From: Betaproteobacteria bacterium
Lineage (GTDB): Bacteria; Pseudomonadota; Gammaproteobacteria; Burkholderiales; Burkholderiaceae_C
Length of the DNA stretch: 49,747 nt
Assembly: GCA_031381865.1 (NCBI GenBank)
Contig: JANMYG010000098.1
Span: forward strand, 1-49,747
Direction of reading: 5' to 3'
This document shows positions 12,115-21,915 of the stretch, in pieces. The position numbers were made by a program, and so were the translations under genes. The stretch's first letter is position 1. Each line of letters opens with the position of its first letter. A model generated the notes under the pieces. It did no database searches, had not been told where the DNA came from, and was given only the letters and a program-made list of their open reading frames with translations.

Positions 12115-13662
12115 ATGCGCACCACCACCACCATCCAGCAATCCGACCTGATCGAATCGATCGCGGCGTCACTGCAGTTCATCAGTTATTACCATCCGGC
12201 CGACTACATCGCCCACCTGGCGCGCGCCTACGAGCGCGAGCAAAGCCCGGCTGCGAAGGACGCGATCGCGCAGATCCTGACCAACTCGCGCATGAGCGCC
12301 GAGGGGCACCGTCCGATCTGCCAGGACACCGGCATCGTCAACGTATTCCTCAAGGTCGGCATGGGGGTGCGCTTCGAAGGCTTCACCGGAACGCTCGAGG
12401 ACGCCATCAACGAAGGCGTGCGCCAGGGTTACAACCATCCCGACAACACGCTGCGCGCGTCGATCGTGGCCGACCCGCAGTTCGAGCGCAAGAACACCCG
12501 GGACAACACCCCGGCGGTGGTCAACGTGGAGATCGTTGCCGGCAACCGACTCGACATCACGGTGGCTGCCAAGGGCGGCGGCTCCGAGAACAAGTCCAAG
12601 CTGGTGATGCTCAACCCCTCCGATTCGGTGGTCGACTGGGTGCTCAAGACCGTGCCGACCATGGGTGCCGGATGGTGCCCGCCCGGCATGCTCGGCATCG
12701 GCATCGGCGGCACGGCCGAGAAGGCGGTGCTGCTGGCCAAACAGGCGCTGATGGAAGACATCGACATGTACGAGTTGCTGCAGCGCGGGCCGAAGAACAA
12801 GACCGAGGAGCTGCGCATCGAGTTGTTCGAGAAGGTCAATGCGCTGGGCATCGGCGCGCAGGGACTGGGCGGCCTGACCACCGTGCTGGACGTCAAGATC
12901 GCGATGTACCCGACCCATGCCGCCGGCAAGCCGGTGGCGATGATCCCCAATTGCGCCGCCACGCGCCATGCGCATTTCGTGATGGACGGCAGCGGGCCGG
13001 TCTACCTGGACGCGCCGCCGCTGAGCCTGTGGCCAGATGTGCACTGGGCGCCCGATTACCAGAAGAGCCGCAAGGTCGACCTGAACACGCTCACCAAGGC
13101 GGAAATCTCTTCCTGGACGGCTGGCGACACGCTGCTGCTCAGCGGCAAGATGCTGACCGGGCGCGACGCCGCCCATAAACGCATCCAGGACATGCTCGCG
13201 CGCGGCGAGAAGTTGCCGGTGGATTTCACCAACCGCACGATCTATTACGTCGGCCCGGTCGATCCGGTGCGCAACGAAGCGGTGGGTCCGGCGGGCCCGA
13301 CCACCGCCACGCGCATGGACAAGTTCACCGACATGATGCTGGCGCAGACCGGCCTGATCAGCATGATCGGCAAGGCCGAACGCGGCCCCACGGCGATCGA
13401 GGCGATCCGCAAGCACAAGAGCGCCTACCTGATGGCCGTGGGCGGCGCCGCCTACCTGGTGAGCAAGGCGATCAAGAGCGCGAAGGTGGTGGGTTTCGCC
13501 GACCTGGGCATGGAAGCCATCTACGAGTTCGACGTGGTCGACATGCCGGTGACCGTGGCGGTCGACTCCGGCGGCACCAGCGCCCACATCACCGGACCGG
13601 CGGAATGGGAAAAAAAGATCGCCACCGGCCAGTTCAGGAACATCGCCGTCACCAGCGCCTGA
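12115..13662 (+). CDS. fumA: Class I (Fe-S) fumarate hydratase
   Basis: PICQDTG, KGGGSENKS, GAGWCPPG, RDAAHKR and GPTTATRMDKF motifs; GGAG RBS before ATG 12115. Confidence 0.93.
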   Translation: MRTTTTIQQSDLIESIAASLQFISYYHPADYIAHLARAYEREQSPAAKDAIAQILTNSRMSAEGHRPICQDTGIVNVFLKVGMGVRFEGFTGTLEDAINEGVRQGYNHPDNTLRASIVADPQFERKNTRDNTPAVVNVEIVAGNRLDITVAAKGGGSENKSKLVMLNPSDSVVDWVLKTVPTMGAGWCPPGMLGIGIGGTAEKAVLLAKQALMEDIDMYELLQRGPKNKTEELRIELFEKVNALGIGAQGLGGLTTVLDVKIAMYPTHAAGKPVAMIPNCAATRHAHFVMDGSGPVYLDAPPLSLWPDVHWAPDYQKSRKVDLNTLTKAEISSWTAGDTLLLSGKMLTGRDAAHKRIQDMLARGEKLPVDFTNRTIYYVGPVDPVRNEAVGPAGPTTATRMDKFTDMMLAQTGLISMIGKAERGPTAIEAIRKHKSAYLMAVGGAAYLVSKAIKSAKVVGFADLGMEAIYEFDVVDMPVTVAVDSGGTSAHITGPAEWEKKIATGQFRNIAVTSA

Positions 13663-13671
13663 GCCGCTGGG

Positions 13672-14653
13672 TCAGGCCAGCAGGCAGGCGGCCTCGGTCT
13701 GTTCGTCGAGGCGGCGCAGCGGCGGTATCTCCTGCGCGCAACGCGCGATCGCCAGCGGGCAGCGGGTGCGGAACACGCAGCCCGACGGCGGGTTGATCGG
13801 CGACGGCAGGTCGCCCTGCAGCAATTCGATCACCTTCTTGCGCTCCAGCACCGGGTCCGGAATCGGGATCGCCGACAGCAGTGCGCGGGTGTAGGGGTGG
13901 CGCGGCGACGCGTACAGCGCACGCTTCTGCGCCACCTCCATTTCGTGGCCGAGGTACATCACCAGGATGCGGTTGCTGATGTGCTTGACCACCGCGAGGT
14001 CGTGCGCAATGAATATCAGCGCCAGGCCCATCGACTTCTGCAGTTCCTTGAGCAGGTTGATGATCTGGGCCTGGATCGAGACGTCCAGCGCCGAGACCGG
14101 TTCGTCGCAGATGATCAGCTTGGGCTCCAGCACCAGCGCGCGTGCGATACCGATGCGCTGGCATTGGCCGCCGGAGAACTCGTGCGGATAACGGTTGATC
14201 TGCTGCTGCGTCAAGCCGACCTGCAGCATCATCGCCTGAACCCGCTGCATCACCTCGGAGTCGGGCATGTCGGGCCGGTGCGTTCGCAGCGGCTCGGCGA
14301 TGATCTGCGCGATCGTCATGCGCGGGTCGAGCGAGGCCAGCGGATCCTGGAAGATCATCTGCACGTCCTTGCGCACGGCCAGCCAGTCGCGTTTCGACGC
14401 GCCGTTCATCTCCTGGCCCATCCAGCGGATGCTGCCGGCGGTGGCGGGAATCAGGTTCAGGATCGCGCGCGCCAGCGTCGACTTGCCGCAGCCGGACTCG
14501 CCGACCACGCCCAGCGTCTCACCGGCGCGGATGTCGAACGACACGCCGTCGACCGCCTTGAGCGTGCGGCTCGGCGTCCACGGCCAGGCCTTGGCATCGC
14601 GCACGTCGAAGTAGACCTTGAGGTCGCGCACTTCCAGGATCGGCGCGCCGATG

Positions 14654-14661
<8 letters not shown>
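13672..14661 (-). CDS. oppF: Oligopeptide ABC transporter ATP-binding protein
   Basis: GESGCGKST, YPHEFSGGQCQR, ICDEP, C-terminal PSGCVFRTRC. Confidence 0.92.
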
Positions 14662-15655
<994 letters not shown>

Positions 15656-15675
15656 ACGGCAGCCATCCGAGCCAT

Positions 15676-15755
15676 TTTTCCGCCGGGCCGCCCCAAGGAA
15701 AAAACCGCCCCCTCGGGGGGCAGCGCAGTACACGAAGTGACAAGCGTGGGGGCCA
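15676..15755. repeat. Intergenic palindromic (REP-like) element between oppC and oppD
   Basis: GGGCCGCCCCAAGG...GCCCCCTCGGGGGGC hairpin...CACGAAGTG...GTGGGGGCC; resembles an interspersed repeat I recall from Comamonadaceae genomes; degenerate partial copy at 12001-12036. Confidence 0.6.
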
Positions 15756-15761
15756 TATCCA

Positions 15762-16676
15762 CTAGCGGTCTTTCGGATCGAGTGCATCGCGCAGCCCATC
15801 ACCGATGTAGTTGAAGCAATACAGCGTCACCGACAGGAAGGCGGCCGGGAACAGCAGCATCCAGGGCGATATTTCCATCACCGACGTGCCGTCATGGATC
15901 AGCACGCCCCAGCTGGTCATCGGCTCCTGGATGCCCAGGCCCAGGAACGACAACACCGATTCGGTCAAGATCACGCCGGGCACCGTGACCGTGGTGTAGA
16001 TCACCACGACCCCCAGCAGATTGGGCACGATGTGCTGGAAGATGATGCGCCGGGTCGGCACCCCGACCGCGCGCGCGGCCTCGATGAACTCCTTGGAGCG
16101 CAGCGACAGCGTCTGGCCGCGCACCACGCGCGCCATGTCCATCCATGAGAACACCGTGATGGTGATCACCACCAGGTAGAACGCCCGGCCCAGGATCGTC
16201 ACCATCAGGATCGCGATCAGCAGGTACGGCACGGCGTACATCATGTCGACCACGCGCATCATGAAAGCGTCCACCTTGCCGCCCAGGAACCCTGCCGTCG
16301 CGCCCCAGGCGATGCCCAGCGCCACCGACGCCAGTGTCGCCAGCATGCCGACCATGAGCGAAATGCGTCCGCCGATCAGGCTGCGCACCAGCAGGTCGCG
16401 GCCGGATTCGTCGGTACCGAAGAAATGCCAGTTCTTGAGCGTGGGCGGAAGGCTCATCGCGTCCCAGTCGGCACTGTCGAAGGCGTGCGGCAGCAACGAT
16501 GGGCCGACGATGCACAGCAGCACGATCACGGCCAGCAGGCACAGGCTCACGACCGACGCCTTGTTGCGCAGGAAACGCGTGCGCGCGTCCGCCCAGGGGC
16601 TGCGCCCGGCGACCACGGACTCGACCGTGTCGCCCAGCGCCTGTACCAGCGCATCGTGCCTGTTGGTGGGAAGCAT
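15762..16676 (-). CDS. oppC: Oligopeptide ABC transporter permease
   Basis: HFFGTDESGRDLL, EFIEAARAVG (EAA loop), ESVLSFLGLG, GDGLRDALDPKDR. Confidence 0.93.
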   Translation of the reverse strand: MLPTNRHDALVQALGDTVESVVAGRSPWADARTRFLRNKASVVSLCLLAVIVLLCIVGPSLLPHAFDSADWDAMSLPPTLKNWHFFGTDESGRDLLVRSLIGGRISLMVGMLATLASVALGIAWGATAGFLGGKVDAFMMRVVDMMYAVPYLLIAILMVTILGRAFYLVVITITVFSWMDMARVVRGQTLSLRSKEFIEAARAVGVPTRRIIFQHIVPNLLGVVVIYTTVTVPGVILTESVLSFLGLGIQEPMTSWGVLIHDGTSVMEISPWMLLFPAAFLSVTLYCFNYIGDGLRDALDPKDR

Positions 16677-16688
16677 CGAATTCCCGGC

Positions 16689-17609
16689 TCAGTAACGGAT
16701 CTTCGGATCGAGCGCCGCGTACGCGAGGTCGACCAGCAGGTTGAAGGCGACCGCCACCACCGTGACCAGCACCACCAGGCCAAGCACCAGCGTGTAGTCG
16801 CGGTTGCCGGCGCCGTTGACGATCAGCTTGCCCAGGCCGGGCAGCGAGAACACCGACTCGGTCACGACCGCGGAGGTGATCGAGGAAATCGCCAGCGGGC
16901 CGACCAGCGACACCACCGGCAGCAAGGCCGGCTTCATCGCATGGCGCAGGATCACGGTGCGCATCGGCAGGCCCTTGGCGCGCGCGGTGCGGATGAAATT
17001 GCTGTGCAGCACTTCGATCAGGCTGCCACGCATCACGCGTCCGATGGTGGCGACGTTGATGAAGATCAGCAGGGCCATCGGCAACAACATGTACTTTGGC
17101 GCGAAGTCGTTCCAGCCGCCCGCCGGCGCCACCTTGAGCCAGATCGCGAACACCAGTATCAGGACCGGCCCGATCACGAACGATGGAAACGCGCTGCCCA
17201 GGTTGCCCAGCAGCATGACCAGGTAGTCGACCACGCTGTTCTGCCGCAGCGCGGCGATGGTTCCCAGCAACACGCCGATGAGCAGCGCCAGCACGATCGA
17301 ACCACCGCCGATCGCGGCCGACACCGGCAGCGCCTTGGCCACCAGTTCGTTGACCGACCAGTCCCCGTAGCGAAATGATGCGCCCAGGTCACCGTGCAGC
17401 AAGTTGTTCAGGTAATACAGGTATTGCTGCCACAACGGCTGGTCGAGGTGGTATTTGGCCTGCAGGTTGGCCAATACAACGGCCGAGACCTTGCGCTCGC
17501 TGTCGAACGGCCCGCCAGGCGTGGCATGCAGCAGCAGATAACAGACGGTGATGACGGCCAGCAGCGTGGGAATGGTCGCCAGCACACGCCGGAAGGTGTA
17601 AGACCACAT
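16689..17609 (-). CDS. oppB: Oligopeptide ABC transporter permease
   Basis: PGGPFDSER, FIRTARAKGL, ESVFSLPGLG, NRDYTLVLG, LDPKIRY. Confidence 0.93.
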   Translation of the reverse strand: MWSYTFRRVLATIPTLLAVITVCYLLLHATPGGPFDSERKVSAVVLANLQAKYHLDQPLWQQYLYYLNNLLHGDLGASFRYGDWSVNELVAKALPVSAAIGGGSIVLALLIGVLLGTIAALRQNSVVDYLVMLLGNLGSAFPSFVIGPVLILVFAIWLKVAPAGGWNDFAPKYMLLPMALLIFINVATIGRVMRGSLIEVLHSNFIRTARAKGLPMRTVILRHAMKPALLPVVSLVGPLAISSITSAVVTESVFSLPGLGKLIVNGAGNRDYTLVLGLVVLVTVVAVAFNLLVDLAYAALDPKIRY

Positions 17610-17704
17610 GCAAGGACCTCCGCCAGTCGCCAGTCAGAACCGATACTTGTCAAGCCAACGGGCCGGCGCAGCGGCGCCCGCCCATTGACGCCTGCCCCGA
17701 CCCA

Positions 17705-19318
17705 TCAATGCTTGATGATGTAGATGTCCTTGGCGCGGTAACGGTCCAGTGCGTTGGTGTTCGAATATCCGCCCACGTACGGCTTGACCAGCCGCGGAAC
17801 GGTGTATTGCAGCAGCGGGATCATGGGGTAGTCGTCCATGATCATCTTCGCCGCCTGCGTCAGCAGCGTCTTGCGCTTGGCCTGGTCGAGCGACTTGTTG
17901 CCCTCGTCGATCAGCGCCTCGGCCTTGCGGTTGCAGTTGCCCTGGGAATTCTGGTCGGAGTCGCACTGCACCAGCGTCAGGAAGGTCGTCGCGTCGTCAT
18001 AGTCGGCGACCCAGCCGTTGCGCGCCATCTGGTAGTCGCGGTCATTGCGCTTCTTGATCAGCACCTTGAACTCCATCGCCTCCATCTCCAGGTCGATGCC
18101 GAGTTTGGTCTTCCATTCCGAAGCCGCGAAGATTGCCATCTTCTTGTGGTATTCGCTGGTGTTGTAGGCGAACTTGAGCTTGGCTCCCGGCGCGACGCCG
18201 GCTTCGGCCAGCAGCTTCTTGGCCTCGGCGACACGCTTGTCCATCGGCCACTTGGCCCAGTCGTAGGCGGTGACGTTGGCGCCCGCCACGCCGTTGACGA
18301 TCACGCCGTAGGCCGGCACCTGCCCGTCAGCGGTCACGCGCTGGGCCAGGATGTCGCGGTCGATCACCATCGACAGCGCCTTGCGCACGCGCATGTCCTT
18401 CATCACCGGGTCGGCGTTGTTGAGCGAGTAATAACGCAGGCCCAGCATGTTGGTGTTGCGGATGTCCTTCGGGTACTGCGCCTTGTATTTGTCGTACGAG
18501 CCCGGTGGCAACTGGTAGACCCAGTCGTTTTCACCCGACTCGTACATCTTGACGTCGGCGTTCTGCTCCTCGACTGCCAGGTAGGTGACCTTGGTCAACT
18601 GGACGTTCTTCGCGTCCCAATAGGTGGGGCTCTTGGCCAACACGATCTTGCTGTTGACCTGCCACTCCTTGAGCGTAAAGGCGCCGTTGCCGACCATGTT
18701 GCCGGGCTTGGTCCAGTCCTTGCCGAACTTGTCGATGGTCGCCTTGTGCACCGCGCCGAGCTGCAGGTTGGACACCACCTCGGGCAGGAAGCCGGCCGGA
18801 AACGGCGTCCTGATTTCCAGCGTATACGGGTCGAGCGCCTTGACACCGAGCTCCGAAGTCGGCTTCTTGCCGTCGATGATCTCCTTGGCGTTGTGCAGGA
18901 AGATGCCGTAGGTCGATGCGTACTTCGACGCCGTTGCCGGATCGACGAAACGGCGCATGCCGTAAACAAAATCCTCGGCGGTGACGCCGTCGCCGTTGGA
19001 CCACTTGGCGTTCTTGCGCAGCTTGAAGACCCAGGTTTGCGGGTCCGACTGCTTCCAGCTCTCGGCCACACCCGGCACCACTTTGCCGTTCGAGTCGATG
19101 GCGGTCAGGCCCTCGAACATGTCGCGGATCACGTTGTTGGACGGGACGCCTTCGGCCAGCGCCGGGTCCAGCGTCTCGGGCTCGGACCCGTTGTTACGCA
19201 CCAGTTCCTGGGTTTCATGCAGCTTGACGCCGGCAGGCACCGTGGCCGCCAGCACCGAGCTGCCGTATGCCACGCCGATACCGATGGCCAAGGCGCAGAC
19301 TTTGAGTTTGATATTCAT
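17705..19318 (-). CDS. oppA: Oligopeptide ABC transporter periplasmic binding protein (OppA/MppA-like)
   Basis: Signal peptide, NNGSEPETLDP, VPGVAESW, AKWSNGDGVTAEDF, RNGWVADY; family 5 solute-binding protein. Confidence 0.92.
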   Translation of the reverse strand: MNIKLKVCALAIGIGVAYGSSVLAATVPAGVKLHETQELVRNNGSEPETLDPALAEGVPSNNVIRDMFEGLTAIDSNGKVVPGVAESWKQSDPQTWVFKLRKNAKWSNGDGVTAEDFVYGMRRFVDPATASKYASTYGIFLHNAKEIIDGKKPTSELGVKALDPYTLEIRTPFPAGFLPEVVSNLQLGAVHKATIDKFGKDWTKPGNMVGNGAFTLKEWQVNSKIVLAKSPTYWDAKNVQLTKVTYLAVEEQNADVKMYESGENDWVYQLPPGSYDKYKAQYPKDIRNTNMLGLRYYSLNNADPVMKDMRVRKALSMVIDRDILAQRVTADGQVPAYGVIVNGVAGANVTAYDWAKWPMDKRVAEAKKLLAEAGVAPGAKLKFAYNTSEYHKKMAIFAASEWKTKLGIDLEMEAMEFKVLIKKRNDRDYQMARNGWVADYDDATTFLTLVQCDSDQNSQGNCNRKAEALIDEGNKSLDQAKRKTLLTQAAKMIMDDYPMIPLLQYTVPRLVKPYVGGYSNTNALDRYRAKDIYIIKH

Positions 19319-19543
19319 GGGGACACTCCAAGAAAAAAGGAGAACGCGGCGTCAATCCGGTCGCGAGAGCGGCCATTGTGCGCCCAACGCCATCGGCCTG
19401 AAACCGATGCCAAGGCTACCGCGTTCGAAGCTGTGCACTATAACTCCGCCGCCACGGTCGTTCATTAGGGAGTAACCCTTCTCGGGCGAGGTCGACGCGC
19501 GTGGCATGCGCCAGGCCTGCGTGTGGCTGCCTGTGGCTGCCTG

Positions 19544-19873
19544 TCACCGCGGCAGGCCGGTACTGGCACGCAATTGCGCAAGCAACTGCTCACAGCGCGC
19601 AAACGCATCGAATACCTCATGGGCGCCTTGCAACAACACCAGCGCCGCATCGGTGGGCACCAGGCGCTTGCCGCGCAGTTCGAACAGGCGAACACCCAAC
19701 GCCTCACTGAGTTTGCGCAAATGGCCTGACAAGGTTGGCTGCGCCATGCAAAGCGACTCGGCGGCGCGCCTGGCACTGCCGATGCGAACCACGGCCTCGA
19801 AGGCGGCGAGTTGGGGCAACGTGCCGTGGCGCAGGTAACGCCGCGAGACCCCGGGAGTAAGCAGAGTAGCCAT
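19544..19873 (-). CDS. Short LysR-type regulator (winged HTH + linker helix only, 109 aa)
   Basis: QLAAFEAVVRIGSARRAAESLCMAQPTLSGHLRKLSEALGVRLFE is a LysR HTH_1 pattern; GAGGA RBS before ATG 19873; only about 225 nt separate its stop from oppA, too little for an effector domain. Confidence 0.85.
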   Translation of the reverse strand: MATLLTPGVSRRYLRHGTLPQLAAFEAVVRIGSARRAAESLCMAQPTLSGHLRKLSEALGVRLFELRGKRLVPTDAALVLLQGAHEVFDAFARCEQLLAQLRASTGLPR

Positions 19874-19900
19874 TGCCATTCCTCGTGTGAACCGGGAAAG

Positions 19901-20015
19901 GCAAAGGTCTCGTCCATGCCGCAAGGGCAACCCGGGCGCCGGGGCCTTTCAGCCCGTATTGACGACGACCCGGCACACCTGGCGCGCGCCAGGTGCGGGA
20001 CTACTCCCGCTTTGC
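19901..20015 (-). ncRNA. yybP-ykoY manganese riboswitch
   Basis: Minus strand reads GCAAAG-CGGGAGTAGTCC-[P2 CACCTGGCGCGCGCCAGGTG]-[P3 CCGGGTCGTC-GTCAATAC-GGGCTGAAAGGCCC-CGGCGCCCGG]-[P4 TGCC..GGCA]-TGGACGAGAC-CTTTGC: four-way junction with the GGGAGUAG, GUCAAUAC and CGAGACC hallmarks. Confidence 0.88.
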
Positions 20016-20119
20016 GTTTACGCACGGCATCCACCACCGTCGCGCGGTATTTTTATAACATGGTCGGCGGCTTCGGCGAAAGCTTCCCAAGGCAATGCCC
20101 ACAATTGGCATGGGGAGTT

Positions 20120-20153
20120 GATCGCGATGCGCGATCGATCGTGAATCGCGAAG
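20120..20153. promoter_or_regulatory. Candidate tandem LysR-type operator (T-N11-A dyads) upstream of terC-usp
   Basis: Perfect dyad GATCGCG-ATG-CGCGATC (20120-20136) followed directly by the imperfect copy GATCGTG-AAT-CGCGAAG (20137-20153). Confidence 0.4.
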
Positions 20154-20216
20154 CTTCCACCGCGCGAATCTGCTGAAAATCAAAACACGAGCTTGTCACG
20201 CATCAGCACATTACCG

Positions 20217-21503
20217 ATGGACCCTGGCCAATTCCTGTCTGCCCTGCTGGCGATCATCGTGATCGACCTGGTACTGGCTGGCGACAACGCCATCGTCATC
20301 GCGCTGGCGGCACGCGCATTGCCGGCCCACCTGCGAAAGCGCGCGATCATCTGGGGGGCCGTGGGCGCCATCGGCGTCCGCAGTCTGATGACCGTGGTGG
20401 TGGTGTGGCTGCTCAAGATTCCGGGCCTGCTGGTCGCCGGCGGCTCGATGCTGCTCTGGATTGCCTATGGCCTGCTCCGACCCGACGAAGGCAATGGCGA
20501 AAGCCATGGGCCTGCGGCCAGCACGTTCTGGGGTGCGATGCGCACCATCGTGGTCGCCGACGCCGTCATGGGGCTCGACAACGTGCTGGCGGTCGCCGGT
20601 GCCGCCCACGGCAGTTATTTGCTGGTCGTGACCGGCCTGGTCATCAGCGTGCCCGTCGTCGTATGGGGCAGCGCATTGGTGCTCAAGGTGGTGGACCGCT
20701 ACCCTGGCGTCGCCTATCTGGGCGCGGCGGTACTGGTGTGGACCGCAGTCAAGATGGTCACCGGCGAACCCCTGCTCAAGCCCTGGTTCGATGCCTCGCC
20801 ATTGCGCCCAGCTGTGGTCTACCTGCTGATTCCTCTGGTACTCTGGACGGGATTCCTGCGCAACCACCGCCAGCTCGAGTCACGCATCCACGCACGCGTG
20901 GCTGAGTTCGCAAAGCATCGCCCGTCAGGCGAAAGTTCGGCGCCCGCTGCCGTACCCCTGCGCACCCGGTTCAACCAATCCGAAGGAGATCGAAGCATGC
21001 TGAAAGTCCTTGTTCCCATCGACGGCTCGGCCAACGCCCTGGGTGCTGTCAGCCATGCCATCACCGAATACCGGCGACACCACGAGCTCGAGCTGCATTT
21101 GCTCAACGTGCAGCCGTATTTGTCCCGGTACATCGGGCGTTTTGTGCGCCGCCAGGACCGTGAATCCTGGCATGGCGAGCAGGCGCGCGCCGCGCTGGCC
21201 GGTGCGCGCGCGTTGTTGGTCCAGGCCGGCGTGCCGCACGAGGCGCACTGGGTCGTGGGCGACCGCGGCAAAGAGATATGCAGCGCGGCCGAGCGGTTGG
21301 GTGCCCACCATATCGTCTTGGGCACCGCACGCAAAAACTCCCTGACCCGCATGCTCGAAGCTTCGGTCACCAATCGGGTGCTTGAATCCACGCCGGTGCC
21401 AGTCGAAATCGTGGCCGGCAACGCGGTATCAAAATGGGAGCAATGGGGCCTGCCCGCCGGGGCTCTGGGCCTCGGCGGACTGCTGCTGCTGGCGCTGGAT
21501 TGA
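20217..21503 (+). CDS. TerC/YjbE-family membrane protein fused to a universal stress protein domain with a C-terminal hydrophobic tail
   Basis: DLVLAGDNAIVIALAAR and ADAVMGLDNVLAVAGAA TerC motifs; from 20997 MLKVLVPIDGS...HIVLGTARKN...SVTNRVLESTPVPVEIV USP fold. Confidence 0.88.
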   Translation: MDPGQFLSALLAIIVIDLVLAGDNAIVIALAARALPAHLRKRAIIWGAVGAIGVRSLMTVVVVWLLKIPGLLVAGGSMLLWIAYGLLRPDEGNGESHGPAASTFWGAMRTIVVADAVMGLDNVLAVAGAAHGSYLLVVTGLVISVPVVVWGSALVLKVVDRYPGVAYLGAAVLVWTAVKMVTGEPLLKPWFDASPLRPAVVYLLIPLVLWTGFLRNHRQLESRIHARVAEFAKHRPSGESSAPAAVPLRTRFNQSEGDRSMLKVLVPIDGSANALGAVSHAITEYRRHHELELHLLNVQPYLSRYIGRFVRRQDRESWHGEQARAALAGARALLVQAGVPHEAHWVVGDRGKEICSAAERLGAHHIVLGTARKNSLTRMLEASVTNRVLESTPVPVEIVAGNAVSKWEQWGLPAGALGLGGLLLLALD

Positions 21504-21513
21504 GACCAGGGTT

Positions 21514-21590
21514 TGGCCTGCCCGACAGGGATCGAACCTGTGACAACCAGCTTAGAAGGCTGGTGCTCTATCCAACTGAGCTACGGGCAG
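21514..21590 (-). tRNA. tRNA-Arg (anticodon TCT)
   Basis: CTGCCCGTAGCTCAGTTGGATAGAGCACCAGCCTTCTAAGCTGGTTGTCACAGGTTCGATCCCTGTCGGGCAGGCCA; cloverleaf, TTCGA T-loop, CCA end. Confidence 0.95.
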
Positions 21591-21707
21591 TGCAGCTACA
21601 GCCATCAATCGGTGCGGATTCACCCGAATTTTCCCGATTGTGTTACCCCGGCGTTATCCCAGGCCTAACCCAACTCAGCATGAACAGGGCCAAGTTGTTG
21701 ATTTAGA

Positions 21708-21784
<77 letters not shown>

Positions 21785-21915
21785 ACAACTTGGCATTCTA
21801 ACTGCTTGCGCGACTCGGCCGATCGAAATCTCGAAGTTTCAGACCGCGCTGTTGCTGCGATTTTGGTTGATCCGACGGCGCAACCGAACCGGCCATGTCG
21901 ACTAAAGTTGCTGCC

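Noticed and set aside
19466-19500. GGGAGTAAC resembling the start of a third yybP-ykoY element
   Set aside because: No L3 (GUCA..AC) or GAGACC segment follows, and there is no downstream gene on that strand
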